A stretch of 64,000 nt of DNA from Blastocystis sp. Blastoise (lineage: Eukaryota; Protista; Bigyra: Opalinata), in contig JBBPEB010000015.1 of assembly GCA_039096225.1 (NCBI GenBank), forward strand, positions 372,001-436,000, written 5' to 3'. Below are positions 41,542 to 56,993 of the stretch, one piece after another. The notes beneath the pieces are model-generated. The model saw only the letters and a program-made list of their open reading frames with translations. It had not been told where the DNA came from and made no database searches. The position numbers and the translations under genes are program-made. The first letter of the stretch is position 1. Every line of letters begins with the position of its first letter.

Positions 41542-41855
41542 TTTCAATATATTCTAACAATAAACGATATGAAACTTATTGAATATATTTATCTTCGATA
41601 CCAATAAATGAACAAAAATAATTCATTATCATCTTTATCTTGAAAAAAATGTTCTATTGTAATTCTATTGAATGAACATATTCTCAACCAATAGAATACC
41701 AAATAAGTTCGATCGTTCATCCATTAATTCTCTGACTAAGTTCTCCTTTTTTCAACATTATTGCTGAAATACAATTTAAGTGATTCTTGTCGCAACTGAA
41801 ACAGCATATAAAAAAGAATTTCATCGTTTTGATATCAATACACGAATTAATACTT

Positions 41856-42410
41856 ATGAAAAAGGTCAATATTGTTCGTCAAATAACGGAGTTCCCCATA
41901 TTCAGTGATCATATAAAATTTATTGATATTGGAGCGAATCTTACAGATCCAGTATTTAGAGGAATATACAGGTCTGAACAAAAACATCCTGATGATTTTA
42001 AATTAATGTTGGATCGATCAAAGAGTTGTGGTATCGATAAAATGATTATTACTGGTATTTATATATTATATATCATGCTTTTAAATGAATATTTTTTCTA
42101 TATTACTCATCTTTAGCTGGTAATTATGAAGAAGCTGTTATTGCCTTAGATTTATGTAGGAAATATGATGATTTATATTGTACAATAGGTATATATATTT
42201 ATTTAATTGTTCTAAATACTTTAATTTATGTATATACTGATATTCACTAGGAGTTCATCCTACACGTGCTTCAGAAGTTCCAGTCGACCAAATAGATGAT
42301 TATTTTTCTAAAATAACAAATCTTGCAAAAGAAGGTATTAAAGAAGGAAAAGTATGTCAGTTAAAAACTTTTATAATTATAAAAAAAGTCATCTTTCAGT
42401 ATTATCAATT

Positions 42411-42444
<34 letters not shown>

Positions 42445-43259
42445 TAGTAGCATATGGAGAATTTGGATTAGATTATGATCGTCTTCATTTTAGTGATCGA
42501 CTAACCCAAATTCATATTTTTCGAAAGCAGTTAGAAGTAGCTCAGTCTTTGCAACTCCCACTCTTTCTTCATTGTAGAAATACAGGTCAAGAATTTATAA
42601 GTATGATTTTTTGATGTTATTAGTTTTCTTTTTCTTTTATTTAGTTTTAAATATTTATCTTTTATTAATTTTATTCGTTTTTTTTTTTATTATTTAATTT
42701 GATTCGTTTTTAATTTAATTTCACTTATTTTTTTATTTAATATAGTTTCACTTTTTTTTATTATTTGATTTGTACACTATTCTATTTATTTGTTATTGTT
42801 GTTACATTAATTATTTTAATTTCTTATACGATTATAATAATGTATTACTCATAATCTTATAAATATCCTTAAAGAGAATATATATACTCCTCTTCAAGGT
42901 TGTGTTCATTCTTTCACAGGTATGTTATACTATACATATTTCTCTATTTCTTGTTCTCTTCTATATTTATATTTATATTTATATTTATATTTATATTTAT
43001 ATTTATATTTATATTTATATTTATATTTATTTAGATTCACTTGATGAAGCTCTTGAGCTTATCAATATGGGTCTTTACATAGGTATTTCATATATCTACC
43101 AGAAGATAGTATATATTATTCACTAATATATATGTATAGGATTTAATGGCTGTTCCATGAAAACTGAAGATAATTTGAATGTGATTCGATCGATTCCCGT
43201 TAATAGCATTATGATTGAAACAGGTAAAATAAATATAGATTATGAATCATCACCTTTTG

Positions 43260-43345
<86 letters not shown>

Positions 43346-43347
43346 CA

Positions 43348-43405
<58 letters not shown>

Positions 43406-43422
43406 CATATTATTATTATACA

Positions 43423-43479
<57 letters not shown>

Positions 43480-43480
43480 C

Positions 43481-43522
<42 letters not shown>

Positions 43523-43912
43523 GCTTTATTTTTCATTTTCTAATTCATTTTGCTAAATCTTCATAGATTGTCCATATTGTGAGATTCGTTCAACACACGC
43601 TGGATTCAATTATGTAAAGACACAATTTCCACAAAAGAAATCTGATAAATATATAGAGGGAACCATGGTTAAAGGACGAAATGAACCTTGTGGAATTCGG
43701 TATATATATATATTAAATAATTTATCTATTAATATATAATTGTCAACTCTTATATATTTATTATTACTATCATACTAGAATTCTAAGATTATTTTAATTA
43801 TATGATATTTAGACCTGTATTTGAAGTGATATGTGCTTTAAAAGGAGGGAATCCTCAAGAAATTGGTGACATAATATATAATAATACATTAAAGGTGTAT
43901 TTTCCGGAATGA
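41856..43912 (+). CDS. TATDN1: TatD DNase (9 exons)
   Basis: DIGANLTDPVFRG, TIGVHPT, GEFGLDYDR, PLFLHCRN, VHSFT, GFNGCSMKT, ETDCPYC, RNEP. Confidence 0.93.
43262..43522. repeat. Intronic (ATT)n microsatellite
   Basis: Direct observation in a TatD intron. Confidence 0.95.
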
Positions 43913-44032
43913 TTGTCATAAATGTATATTTCTTATTCTTGATAGATTTCATGAACTTTCTTCATTTTATAAATATAAACCATCTAAACAAAACACATAT
44001 AAAAGAAATATTATCCAATTTTATTTGTTCGA

Positions 44033-45465
44033 TCACTTTTAAATTCAAATTTGTTTTCTTTTAAAGCAGAAAATAAACTATATATAAGTAGTAATCTTAT
44101 TACTATATCACATACCTTTCACATTGCGAAACGGACAACTGAAAAGATTTTACATTCTATATATGATACTTTATAATTATGGATAGTATCATACTACTAG
44201 ATTCATAGAATTTAAAATTGAAATTAAGCATTGGGGATCTCCTTTTATATACTCTTGATTCCAACTATATTTATGAGTTAAATTGGATTTCACATTACGA
44301 TTCTTTCTTAAAAAAAGAATTCTCAAGAAATCATTGAATTCCAATAGGAAATTATATAGTTTTTGTTTTTTATCTTCTATATTATAATACTCAATAATGG
44401 TTATATATATAACTATATATCATAAACATACTATTCCCCAAGAATTGTGTGTCCCATCGAATAGGTTCCAATTTTAAGACTGATGAAGTTACCTATATAT
44501 ATACATAATTAATAATTATTACACATAAAATACTCATTATATATATATATATATAAACAACTATTATTACACATAAAATACTCATTATACATACATGAAG
44601 ACTTTAAACAGATAAATAGATAATATATAAACTACTAATTATTACACATAAAATACTCATTATATATATATGAAGACTATAAACAGATAAATACTATATA
44701 TATACTTCTGGAGGAGGCATAAATGCAGAAGGAGGGACATCAAAGAGAAGTTGAGGTTTATATAGATATTGTGTTAATATACTTAATCGTCGATATATAG
44801 AATCATTCTCCCTATATATATATATTATTCAAAGTAAAACTATAATATGTAGAATAAACTATATTTCTAAATACAAATAAGCTTAAGGATTATATATTCA
44901 ACTATTATTAACATACGAAGCACAAATCTTCTGAGCAAATTCCTTTTGAACAAGAAGTGTATTTCCTTTCAAGAACCAAAAAGATGGATCTAATATGAAC
45001 TTGTATAATAATGAAGAAGAAATATAATAAGGAATATTAGACACACAACATGTAGGAGAGTACTCACATTTCCAATCTAATATATCTGCATTAATAACAT
45101 GAAGTGAACCAGATTCCAAGTATTTAGAAAAACGATTCCCTAATGGTGTTATCATTTGCTTGTCTTTCTCAATACATATCTAAATTATTTTATATTTGAT
45201 TAAAATACTTTATTCATTAGATAATCATATATACAACTGATTTAGAAGTTGATAATAGAATAGACGTCAAATTACCAGTTCCTGGTCCTATTTCTAGTAC
45301 TACATCATTTTTCGTTATGTCACATGAATCATGGATTTTATGAAGAACCGATTTATCAATTAAAAGATGCTGACCATAACTCTTCTTCAGATGTACATAA
45401 CGTCTGAATGTAGTTATTGGAGAAAATAGTCCTGTATTATTATAATTCACAAATGCTTTAAACAT
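44033..45465 (-). CDS. rRNA adenine dimethyltransferase KsgA/Dim1 family, probably organellar (7 exons)
   Basis: YGQHLL, VLEIGPGTGNLT, IEKD, SNIPYYISS, VQKEFA, FMPPPEVTS; N-terminus resembles a mitochondrial presequence. Confidence 0.88.
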
Positions 45466-45856
45466 AATATTTGCTTCTAGATATAACGATAGTAGTTAAA
45501 CATTAGGTTATATATTAGCCAATAACGAAATACTAAAAACTAGATACTTTTGAAATGAATGGTCTAGCTATATTATAATTAAAACTATTATAAATCCCTT
45601 GTTTGTGTAAGATATGGTAATACCAATGTAAAAAATATTGTAATTATACAATATATAATTATTAATTATTAAATAAATAAAAAAAATAAATTCTTGAACA
45701 TAAAAATCAAATGTCTATGTAAGAAACACTCTATTGATCATTAAAAAAATTTATAAAATTGTTTTTTGTATTTTGACATAAAACAACAATATATATAAAG
45801 CACACAAAACGATATAAATAAAAATAAAAATAACCACACAATTACATGCATTTCTT

Positions 45857-46374
45857 TTATATATTATTGGGCTCAATAGGAGTTTCTGAAATTTGCTTAT
45901 CAACAATCTCATCATTATGATCTACAGTGTCTTTATTTGAATCACTTTTGCCAGTTAACTTTTTCTTCATGCTACGACGAGTTTTCTTTTTGGCTTCAAC
46001 AGGTTTTTTTGGTTCATCTTGCTTTTTCGATTTGACTGAAAGTGGATTAGGTCCTTTAGGTCCTTTTTTCTTCTTTGGTTTTTCTTCGTATCTTGGTTAA
46101 GAAATTGTTTTTAATAATGACAATATTTATAGAATAAAATAATATATAAAAGAATGTAATAAAAGAAAAAACATAATGTATTGTAAAAAGATATTTCTTG
46201 TTTTGGTTCCTCTTCTTTATCTAAACCAAGAGCTTTTCTTTCAATAGGAGATATCGACATTCGTTGATCAAATTTCTATATAAAATAATCGAGATATACA
46301 CAAATTTTTTAAACTACTACAAGAATAACATAATTTATAATTGAAAAAAGTTATTATAAATAAACATGTAATAC

Positions 46375-46409
<35 letters not shown>

Positions 46410-47094
46410 CATGTTTGCAGTAACTCTTTGAACTATCGGAAACACTTTCCAATACTAATACGCTACGGTTAAATAAGATAACAGGTACTCCTGGAATAGT
46501 ATGAAGAATGTCTCTTAGTGCAGAAAATTCAGATGCAAATACAAACTTGGTTTTCTTTGGTTGATGCATATCTATATAATTATGTATAGAAACAATTATA
46601 AATAAGAACAAAAGAATAGAAATAAATAATGAAATAAAAAAATAAAAAATTATATTATTAATTGATATAAGGTAACTAAATACGATGTGCAATATCACAG
46701 AAACATTTTAAAGATGATAAATGATCTTCATGACCACATTCAACTTGAGCCAAGCCACATGCAAATTCATAAGCTCTTTCTGCTTTCTTCCCTTTCTGTT
46801 TCAAACGTTCAACAACACATGGAGTCACACAAACATTGGCACTAGGGTCCTATATATTTAGAGAATATAGGAAAAATTCTGATACAATAAAAAATAGTTA
46901 AGCTAATATGAATAAATTATATATACACATATAAAATTAGGTAATAGACGATCAACAGCAGTTGGTAAGTTCAATTCAATAGCTTTCATAATGAAAGATT
47001 CATCTAATAATATATTATATGGAGACTCAAAATGAAAATTAATTTCATAGAATTGCAATATTTTTCTGATCTTTTTGTTTCTAGTGATTCTCAT
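45857..47094 (-). CDS. UTP23: rRNA-processing protein UTP23 (PIN domain)
   Basis: MRITRNKK, NFHFESPYNILLD, VTPCVV, IPGVPVI, KKKGPKGPNPLSVK. Confidence 0.9.
46088..46194 (-). other. U12-type AT-AC intron in UTP23
   Basis: 5' ATATCTTT, branch TTTCTTAAC 8 nt before the end, 3' TAC; joins EPKQE|EEKPKKKKGP in frame. Confidence 0.9.
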
Positions 47095-47442
47095 TGCAAT
47101 AATAAATACTCAAGATAGTGACTTTTTATGTTATTATTGAACTAGAGTTAAAATAAAGTAATAACCATAAAATGTGTTGTTCTAATTCAGTTTATACTGA
47201 CTTGAGTTGATTTTTGCTTTTGATTTATATATTTTTTTAAGTCATTTTCATTGTAAAACTTATTTTATTTTTCAGTCGTTTATTTGTGGTTTTATGTGAT
47301 TTTCTTAAAACCAAGTAATCATTTGTGAATAACCATGGTATTGGATTTTTTGTTTATAAAGTAATTCAAGTCGTTTATTCAGAAGATTTTTCATTCATTG
47401 AAAGTATTTGTATTGAAAAATATATTTTATATGTATAGGAAG

Positions 47443-48766
47443 ATGGTTAGTATTGAGGAAGTGAAACAACTCTTAAACGATTTGAAAACATCTAATAATG
47501 ATGTTCGAAATACAGCTGAAAATAAATACAAGATGTTATTGGATACAAACATCATAGAAGTAAATTAGAATCATTGATTTATATGAATTTTATTATTATA
47601 GTTTATCGATGTTTTAGTTCAAATCATAGTAGAACAAACACCATTATCCTTCTTTGCTGCTATATTACTCCATAAAATATTTGATAGCAAAACTCTTTTG
47701 GAAACTGATGCTATGAAAATAAAAGTTTTTGAAGGTAATTATTTCTATTTATATATCACTAAGACTATAGTTGTTATGTTTTTCATTACAAATTTATTGA
47801 ATTTCAAAGATTTAACAATTCGTGATCATGTAATTGATATTATTTGCCAGGCCGTTACTACTTATGAAAATCCTTTGAATGAAATTACAAACTTTATTCT
47901 TTCTTGTCTTGATTCTAAAGATACTGTCATTTTATCATTTGTTATCACTTTCTTTAAACGCTTACCTCCTTGTCAATTTGAAGTATTCTTTTTCTATATA
48001 TATATGTATTGAATATTATATATACTCTATTTTATATAGTCCTTACAAAATCATGGAAAATCCATTATCAAAAGTATAGTTGATCTATTAAAGCAAAATA
48101 ACCGTGATTATCAATATATCGGTATTCAAGTATGTTTTAATAATTCTTTTTTTGTTTTTCGATTTTTAAAATTTTTATATTCGTATTATATATATGTATA
48201 TATATATATGTATATATATATATAGTGTTTATCGGAATTAATTGCTCAGGATTGGGAGATAGATATCGAAGTAGCTGATGTATTTATGGGAGATTGTCTT
48301 CAAGTATATATATATATATTGATTATTAATATCGATTATAGTTAGTATTAGAAGTATTATTACTAGTTATATTTAATTTTATATATATATTTTAGATATT
48401 AATATCGATTATATATATAAATATATATAGATTATTAGTACTTATGATGTATCCTGGACCATTCAAATACCTACTCTTGTTTCATCTATTTCTAAAGTAT
48501 ATATATCAATATATGTTAAATATAATCGAATAATTGAATTGTTATTATTATATAACTATATTTGATCTTAATTTGTTAATTTTTTTTCTCATTCTTATAT
48601 GCTATTTTATATATATATTTTGATATCTTTTATTATATATATATATGTATTCTATAGGTAATAAATCATAGTGAACCTCTTCAGGATTATTTCTTACCCA
48701 ACGCTACTACTATTTATTCTCCTGTACTCAATTTATTAAGAAGAGAAGATCTCGAAGAACTGTATA

Positions 48767-48805
<39 letters not shown>

Positions 48806-49087
48806 TATTATTATATATATTATTATTATATATATTATTATTATATATATTATTATTATATATATTATTATTATATTTATTAATAATATCATTTATGTAT
48901 ATAATAATATCATTCATTTCTCTGTCTATCTCTTATTTCCTTCTATAGTGATTGTAGTGCAGCTATGGACTGCATTCTTTCACTTCTCACTCAATTCGCT
49001 GACAATCTTATCTCAAAAGATACTGATATCTACCAATTATTTGATGCCATTGGTAATGTGTTTCAACGATTCTATTATCAAGAAGGA

Positions 49088-49153
<66 letters not shown>

Positions 49154-50417
49154 GATTCGAAATGAAGATATTTATGATTATTTGAATAATCCTATATATA
49201 AAAGTGCTCAATATATTTTTACTTATATCACAGAATATGAACATGATAATTATAATGTTGTATATATATATATATAATATTTAAGCTTGTTTAATATTAT
49301 AGATATATACTATCAAGTTTATTTTATTAGAAATAATATATATAGTATTATATATATGAGTATATATATTACTCTATTTTTATATAGTATGATGCTTATT
49401 TGAATTATATTCAGAAATTATTTGCAGATACAAGTTATTTGAAGAACTGGATTGGCTTAGAAATGCTTAAGATATGTATACATATATATATAGAACGATA
49501 TAATATCAGTATTGATGCAGTATTTATGTTTACACTTCGATCTATTACTAGTCCTTGTCCTCTTCTTCGATATACTGTATATATATGTACTATTTATTAT
49601 TATTATTTTTTAATCTGTTTTTGTTTTGGTTTCTATGATATTTTTATTTATTTATATATCTTATCTCAATAAATTATATATATATATATATGTTATAGAG
49701 TATTCATATTTTAACTGAATTTGTTTCGTCATTCCCTACTCATATCTCTGGATATTTCAAGCAAGTATATATATATTTATATATATTATTATTATTATAT
49801 AGTATTGTACTATTTATTATTATATAGTACTTATTATATATAATAATAATTTCTCTTTCTAAATATATATATATATATATAAATACTACATATAGATTGT
49901 TGAAGCTCTCTTGGCTTCTTTAGAAATCCCTGAGAACTCGACTTTCCCCGTGATTATGATTGCTATTTGTCGTTGTCTTCAGTTATTACTTGTTGCTAAT
50001 GAGGATGATTCCACGACCGAAGAAGAAGAAACGGTTATGAGTATGTATATAGAGAGATATATGGTCATTCTTGGAGATCTTCTACTTACTTCTTCTCTTA
50101 AAGTATATATATATATGTTTAATACACTTATGGAATTCTATTCTTTACATATGATATCTGCTTTTATTTAATAATTTTTATTTGTGTTCTTTCTTTTTTA
50201 GTAATAATTTCATCTCTATTAAATAATATAACTATTTTCACTATTTTTCTTATATATATATATTACTATTCTATATACCTCCCTCCTGTCCTCTAGGTAC
50301 AAGAGAGTATTATGCTAGTGATTGTCATGTTCTGTCAATTATATCCCCCTATGATGGCTGCCTATTACTCCAATCTCAGTAATATCACCTCACAACTCCT
50401 TAATACATCCGCTCCTC

Positions 50418-50465
<48 letters not shown>

Positions 50466-50643
50466 CTTAGTCTATAATCAATACATAGTTTATAAAATAC
50501 TTTATATTATATTATTATATTATTTATACTATTATCTTTTATTTTTTTATAATTATATATCTGTTTTATTTACTTTTTTTATATATTCTATCTAATATAT
50601 ATAAATATATCTTTATTATCCCTCTTTGTATATATAATTATTA

Positions 50644-50678
<35 letters not shown>

Positions 50679-51570
50679 ATCTTGAAGATTTGAAAGGACT
50701 CTGTTTGGAGGCTGTAGCTAGTTTGGGAAAAGAAATTGATCAAGTATATTCATCTCTATTTCCCGCCATTTCTATATCTATTTCCCGCCATTTCTATAGA
50801 ATGAATTTACAAAGGAAGCAACAGATATACTTAATTATATAGTTAATTCTAATTCTAATTATATCGTATATATATGCTTATTATAAGTATTTACTATTTG
50901 CTATTTATTGTATCCTATCTCCCTCCAGAACCCTCATTATGCCCGTTGTATTGTCGCTATTGCTCAAACTCTTCCTCAATTATTCACACCGTATCTCCCT
51001 GCGGTTATTAATCCTATTATTGAAGGATGCAAAATTGAAAACTATATTAAAACAGATAACAGTCTTTCCAAGTTAATTCATGATTCCCACGGGGATGATG
51101 ATCATTGCCATTGTAATCATGATCATTCTCATGGGGATGAAGATGAATGCCACTCTGACTGCGAATGTGAATGTATATATATAATATATATATAATATAT
51201 AATATATATATAATATATATATAGGTAATAATGCCAATTATATTCCAATTTCTCAAGGGGGACAAGGAGATAAATCGTATATATATATATATACATCTTT
51301 ATATTATATTGAGTTTTCTCTATAATATGATAATATATAATATCACTAACTATTCTTATTCAATATATGTATATATATTCTTCTTAGTGTGTGTACATCG
51401 TCTCTTCAAGATATATCTGAATATATATACGTTCTTAAATCGATGCTTGAGGAATTGTCTCCATCCGTTTATGTATATATTAAAACAATTATGGAAATGA
51501 TTGTGTCTCAATTAGAATATCAACATATACCTGTATAATATATATCATATATATCATATGTATCATATGT

Positions 51571-51619
<49 letters not shown>

Positions 51620-53651
51620 CTTATAGATGATTGAACAAGCCCGTTTAGATCTGTTAAATACCGTTATAAAGGTATTCCTTGAAGATGGAATATATTCTTA
51701 TATTTCCAAAGAAGATTCAACTCTCTATATATCTATTACTTTTAAATATCTTGTTGATAATATTAATCAACAAGATATGTCTCTTTCTCGTTCTATTCAT
51801 ATATCTCTCTATACTTATATTAACGTATTTAAACAGACGGAATACTATTCCATCATCTCTACAGAAATGGCTCATGATTTAATTATGTTTATTATGTCTC
51901 ATACCACAGATCTCATGGAGCGAAAACACATGGAAGATATGAATAATATACGTATATATATAAGTTTATTCTTCAACATTATCATTATTACAATAATGTA
52001 GAGTTTTGTTTCTACTTTTATTATTATATTCTAATAAATGAAATATTTTATTTAATCATAGTTGATTATTATTTTATATTGATATTTATGAATATGTATT
52101 TTTGTTTTTTTATCACTCATATATTTATGTGTGCTCATTTTATATATATCTATTTTGAGCTGTTATATATATATATAAACCTTTTATTGATCTTTATTAC
52201 TGTATACAGACAGATATTGAAGATGACACGGAAGGATATAGCTTAGAAGATGATGTCACTCTTACTGGTAATGGAATCATTCGTATATATATATATATAT
52301 TTGAAATACGTTATTTGTATAGATATATTAGTTTATATCTTATATCATATTATATTATATTATATAGTATTATATAGTATTATATAATATAATATTATAT
52401 TATATTATATTATATTATATTATATTATATTATATTATATATATATGTATACTTCCTATTTTATTGTTGTTCTTCTATAGATGCCCTTATTGATCATTTC
52501 CATGTGTCTCTTACTCCTTTCTTCTCTTCTTCCTATATAGATATATGCTTTAAACTTATTTCTATTAACGATCCTCTCTATGTCTCGTTTGCCATGACTA
52601 TTATCAACGATATTCTCACTTACTCAGCTATTTCTATTGCTAATTATATGGATCAAATTGTAGATACAATCGTTAATGTATATTTTTATATATTATATTC
52701 ATTACATATCTTATCTACTATTAATTATATATATATCTCAAATAATCACATATTGTTATAATTATTTTTTTCTTTATATATATATATATATATAGCATAT
52801 TAATTCTACATATCCTCCTCTTCGTGCTGCTGCTGTTTATTGCCCTAAATTATTATCCATAAACCTTACTCAACAATTCCAGCCTTATGCTGAAAATGTC
52901 TTAGAACTGCTTACTGAATCTCTTCAAGATGAGGTACATACTAATAATATTAATAATTATATAATAATAATTATTATATATAATAATAATAATAATTATA
53001 TATATAATAGTAATAATAATATTATGTATATAATATAATAATAATAATGAGTATTACTATTATGAAATACTATATTCCCTATAACTATATATATAAAGGT
53101 ATTTTCCGATAGTTTATTTACTTGGTCTAATGAGAATGCTGTTAGTTCTATTATTGCTTTACTTGTTCATTATCCGACTCTATTTGATCCTAATTTTGAA
53201 GCTATCTTTAAGATTATTGTTCCTATATTTCCTTTTGAACAAGATGAAGATGAAGCTAGATATGTATATTCTCAATTATTAATCTGGGCATTACAAGATA
53301 AAAAGGAATTTATTGAAAGTAATTATGAAGGTGTTTTCTTAATTCTTAATGCTATTGGATTAGTTTTAGGTATATATATATATTATATTATTCTTGTTGA
53401 TTTCAATATTAAATTCATTATATATATAACTTTTAGAATACTTTTTTTTAGTGTTTTGAATATTATATTAAATATATTTATATATAGATAATAATAATAT
53501 ATGTACACCAGATATGAGAAAACAGTTTGCTGCTTTAGTAGATCAATGGAAACATAGTATTCCTACTAAAGAGATGGATAAATTATGGTCTAGAGTTGTT
53601 GATGAAGTTAAAATGAAAATTGAGCAGTTATGTGCTTCATTTAATTCATAA
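47443..53651 (+). CDS. Importin-beta family HEAT-repeat protein, importin-5/4-like (about 20 exons)
   Basis: SNNDVRNTAE N-terminus, LKGLCLEAVASLG, LRAAAVY, NENAVSS, FPFEQDEDEA; continuous frame through GT-AG introns. Confidence 0.7.
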
Positions 53652-54263
53652 ATTTACTATTTAAAACAAAATACTTTTATTAATTATTTCATATCTGCAT
53701 AATGCAGTAACTTCATTATTTTTATATATAGTTTTGTGTTTTTAATATTTTTTATGTTCAATTGATTATTTTTCATTATTGCTTGTTTCGTTATTGATTC
53801 CAAGTAGTAATCAAAAATCTATATTCTATAATTCTCAAGTACTATAAAATCAATCTATTTATTCTAATATAAATAAATAGTATTGTATGAAAACACTTTT
53901 ATTAAACATCAAAATAGAAATACTTCTCTAGAATTCTTCTCTATGACTCACTACCCCTTGAAAGATTTCTTCAATGAAATAACGGGAATTCTGTGTTTTT
54001 TGGGATTGTTTTATCTGAGGTGAAGTTATTGATTGGAAAGAGTGACCATCATGTGAAACATTAAATACAAAACACAAGGTTTTAGTGGCTAATTTTGTGT
54101 TGTAAGCCAATAGAATATGAATTCTCTAGGAGAGGAAATTGTTTAGTCCAATCATATTTGACTTCATAATCCTGCCTCATCTTGTGTTTTGTTAACTCCC
54201 ATTTGATTGTCATAAATTATTTATTTGTCTTTTTATCAATTCTAGTCAATATATTGTGAAGAA

Positions 54264-56329
54264 ATGACTGAAACTCAAAAGAAAGGAAAGAAGTGTGTCT
54301 ACAATACTTGTGATGCTGTTACGTTTATTGTGGTCTGTTGTAGTCTTATTATGAGTATTGTATGTACTCTTAACACAAATAAGACTTGGATTAATAAAAC
54401 ACTTTGGGCTTATTCTATTCCTTTAAGAGATAGTCGTTGGAGTGTTGCTGCTGGAAAGGTTGTTTCTGTTGATCGTGATAGTACTATTAGTGTAGGTGGT
54501 GGTTTCTCTATGTATAGAGATATGAAACTTCCCACTAAGGAACTTTACTCTAATGTTAAGGCATGTGGTTTATCTGATTTTGTTGGTGTTGCTGTTTTCA
54601 ATGGAGGTCTTAAGGCTAGTTCTTATGATTTTGAAGATTATGTTCATGATGGAGATCGTTTTGATCTTCCTTTAACTAAAGAAGAAAAACTTCGTACTAT
54701 TGATGAAGTTGTTTGTCTTGATCGTTCTCATGTACTTGTTGTTGGTGGTGGTGAAATTCTTCCTGTCACTGTCAATTATACCTTTGTTGATCATAGTCTT
54801 AAATTCAAGATTACTGCTGGTATATATTTTTTGTTTATTATGATGTTTTTTTGTTTATTATATATTGATTTTTATTTTATATTGATTTTTATTATATATT
54901 TATTATATCTATTATTAATAATATCTATAGGACAAGTATTCCAATTTGCTGCTGGATATGATTCTTATCCTCATATTGATACCATGGGTAAAGATAGTTT
55001 CTGTGTTACTTTTGAAGGTAAGAGTGATGATGATTCTCTTTATACTTTTGTTGGTACTCTTACTGGAGATGCTGAAACTGCTTCTGTTGGTAATCCTTCT
55101 ATTGTTAAATACTCTGAAAAATATTCTTATCATAAGATTACTGGTATATATATTAAAATTATATTATATATATAATAATATTATTATGATGATTTACTAT
55201 AAAATACTAATATATTCTATTTATATAGGTTTAAGACATGATGATTTTGTTGTAGTTGCTGCTGGTAAACAAGTTTTCCATAATCATACTCATGAAGCTA
55301 TTATGGCTCGTTATATTCACTATAATAGAGAAGCTGGTACTTTATCTATGGGTAATTGGACTACTGTTCCTCATGCTTCTACTACTACTTTCTTTGCTGT
55401 TGATAATCTTGATGAATCTCATATGATTATTGTTTATTATAATGAATTTGGTAATGATGGTATGATTGCTCAATTGATGTCTTTCGATCCTTCTTCTTCC
55501 TCTTTAACTTTCGGTGGTAATCTTGTTCTTAGACCTTCTCAAGGTGTTACTAATCTTGAAAGACTCAAGATGAAGATCCTTTCTCCTTCTAGATTTGGTG
55601 TTTTCTATGATGATATTGCTACTGTAAATAGTCAAAGTTTATCTGTTGTTCAAGCTATTATGAGCGATAGTGGTGAATTAAGACTTGTTGGTTCTCCTAT
55701 TCTTATTGTTGAAGCTAGAAGACAAGTATATATAATACATATTTAACCATTTCTATTCATTTCTTTTATTAAAGAGATATAATTATTATAAAAGTATTAT
55801 TATTCTATAAATATAATTATTATTCTATATATAGCCTTGGCAATTTGTTTATTATGATATTGCTATGCTTAATTTTGAACGTTTCGTTTTAATTGAATCT
55901 TACAGTACTGGACGTGTATGTTTATTTATTCTATATATGTATAATAATTAATGATTATTTTCTATTTTTCTATTTTATTATATACTATTTATATAATTAA
56001 CTATTATTTAGGATACTTATGCTTCTGTTTCTCTTGGTGTTCAAAAGTACATGCCTATTGGTATTACTTCTGAAAGTTTCTTTGGAGGCGCTAAAGTTAA
56101 TTTCGGTGGTCTTTATTATGCTCCTGATGGTGTCACTTTCACTCCTGGTCATGCTTATTATACTGATTCTCGTGGTAACTTAATTAGAGGTGAACCTTTT
56201 GGTTGGAATAATCCTGATATGGAAAATTCTCGTTATATTGTTGATAGAAAGAATAACGTTGTTCTCTCCACTAACAATCTTATTGGTTATGCTGTTGCCA
56301 CTAACGTTTTAATGATTAAGACTATTTAA
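54264..56329 (+). CDS. Uncharacterised N-terminally anchored beta-rich protein, paralogue A (5 exons)
   Basis: N-terminal TM (VTFIVVCCSLIMSIVC), beta-rich body, C-terminal TFTPGHAYYTDSRGNL...IGYAVATNVLMI; highly similar to the downstream gene. Confidence 0.8.
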
Positions 56330-56993
56330 AGGGTTTATTTTTTCATTTCTTTAGCTTTTAAAGAATGATTTTTAAAATACTTCTTTGTTCGAAACTAGTT
56401 TTGTTGTTTCCTTAATACATTACATATTCAACAAACAATAATATCATGTTTATATAATAGATATTATTAATACTAAACATTGCTTTTATTTGAAATTTGA
56501 AATGAAAATGCTGTTTTTCATAATTATATTATAAGTAAATATTATTATAATAGTTAACAACAATTTTTACATCTTAAAAAATATAAAATTAGTAGAAAAC
56601 ACTTAAAATAAATTCAATCACTCAGTAAATTAGGGGATTTCTTAGTTTTCTGATTGCTTATTTTTAAATAGTATGTTACAAGTATTCAAATTGAATTGCT
56701 GTAAATTGTTTTTAATACACGTCTTATCACTTTCATTGTTTTTATTTGAGAAAACAATATCTGAGTATCATATGAATGAAACTGTCTCCACATAAGCTCC
56801 AAATTGGATTCTTATTCACAATTATCCAATAGATTTCTGTTTTTTTTTACGTCGCTAGGAGTCACTCCAATAAAACACAACTTGTGTTTTTTCTAAACAA
56901 CACAACAATAAGTGTTTAGATTTGATGATACAAATAATATACAATTTATTGTTATTTATTTTTATCTATATTTATTTTTATCTATAATAAACG

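Noticed and set aside
42863-42870. ATATCCTT U12 donor-like motif in TatD
   Set aside because: It falls in coding sequence (N-I-L) immediately before the conserved VHSF motif, with no matching branch site or AC.
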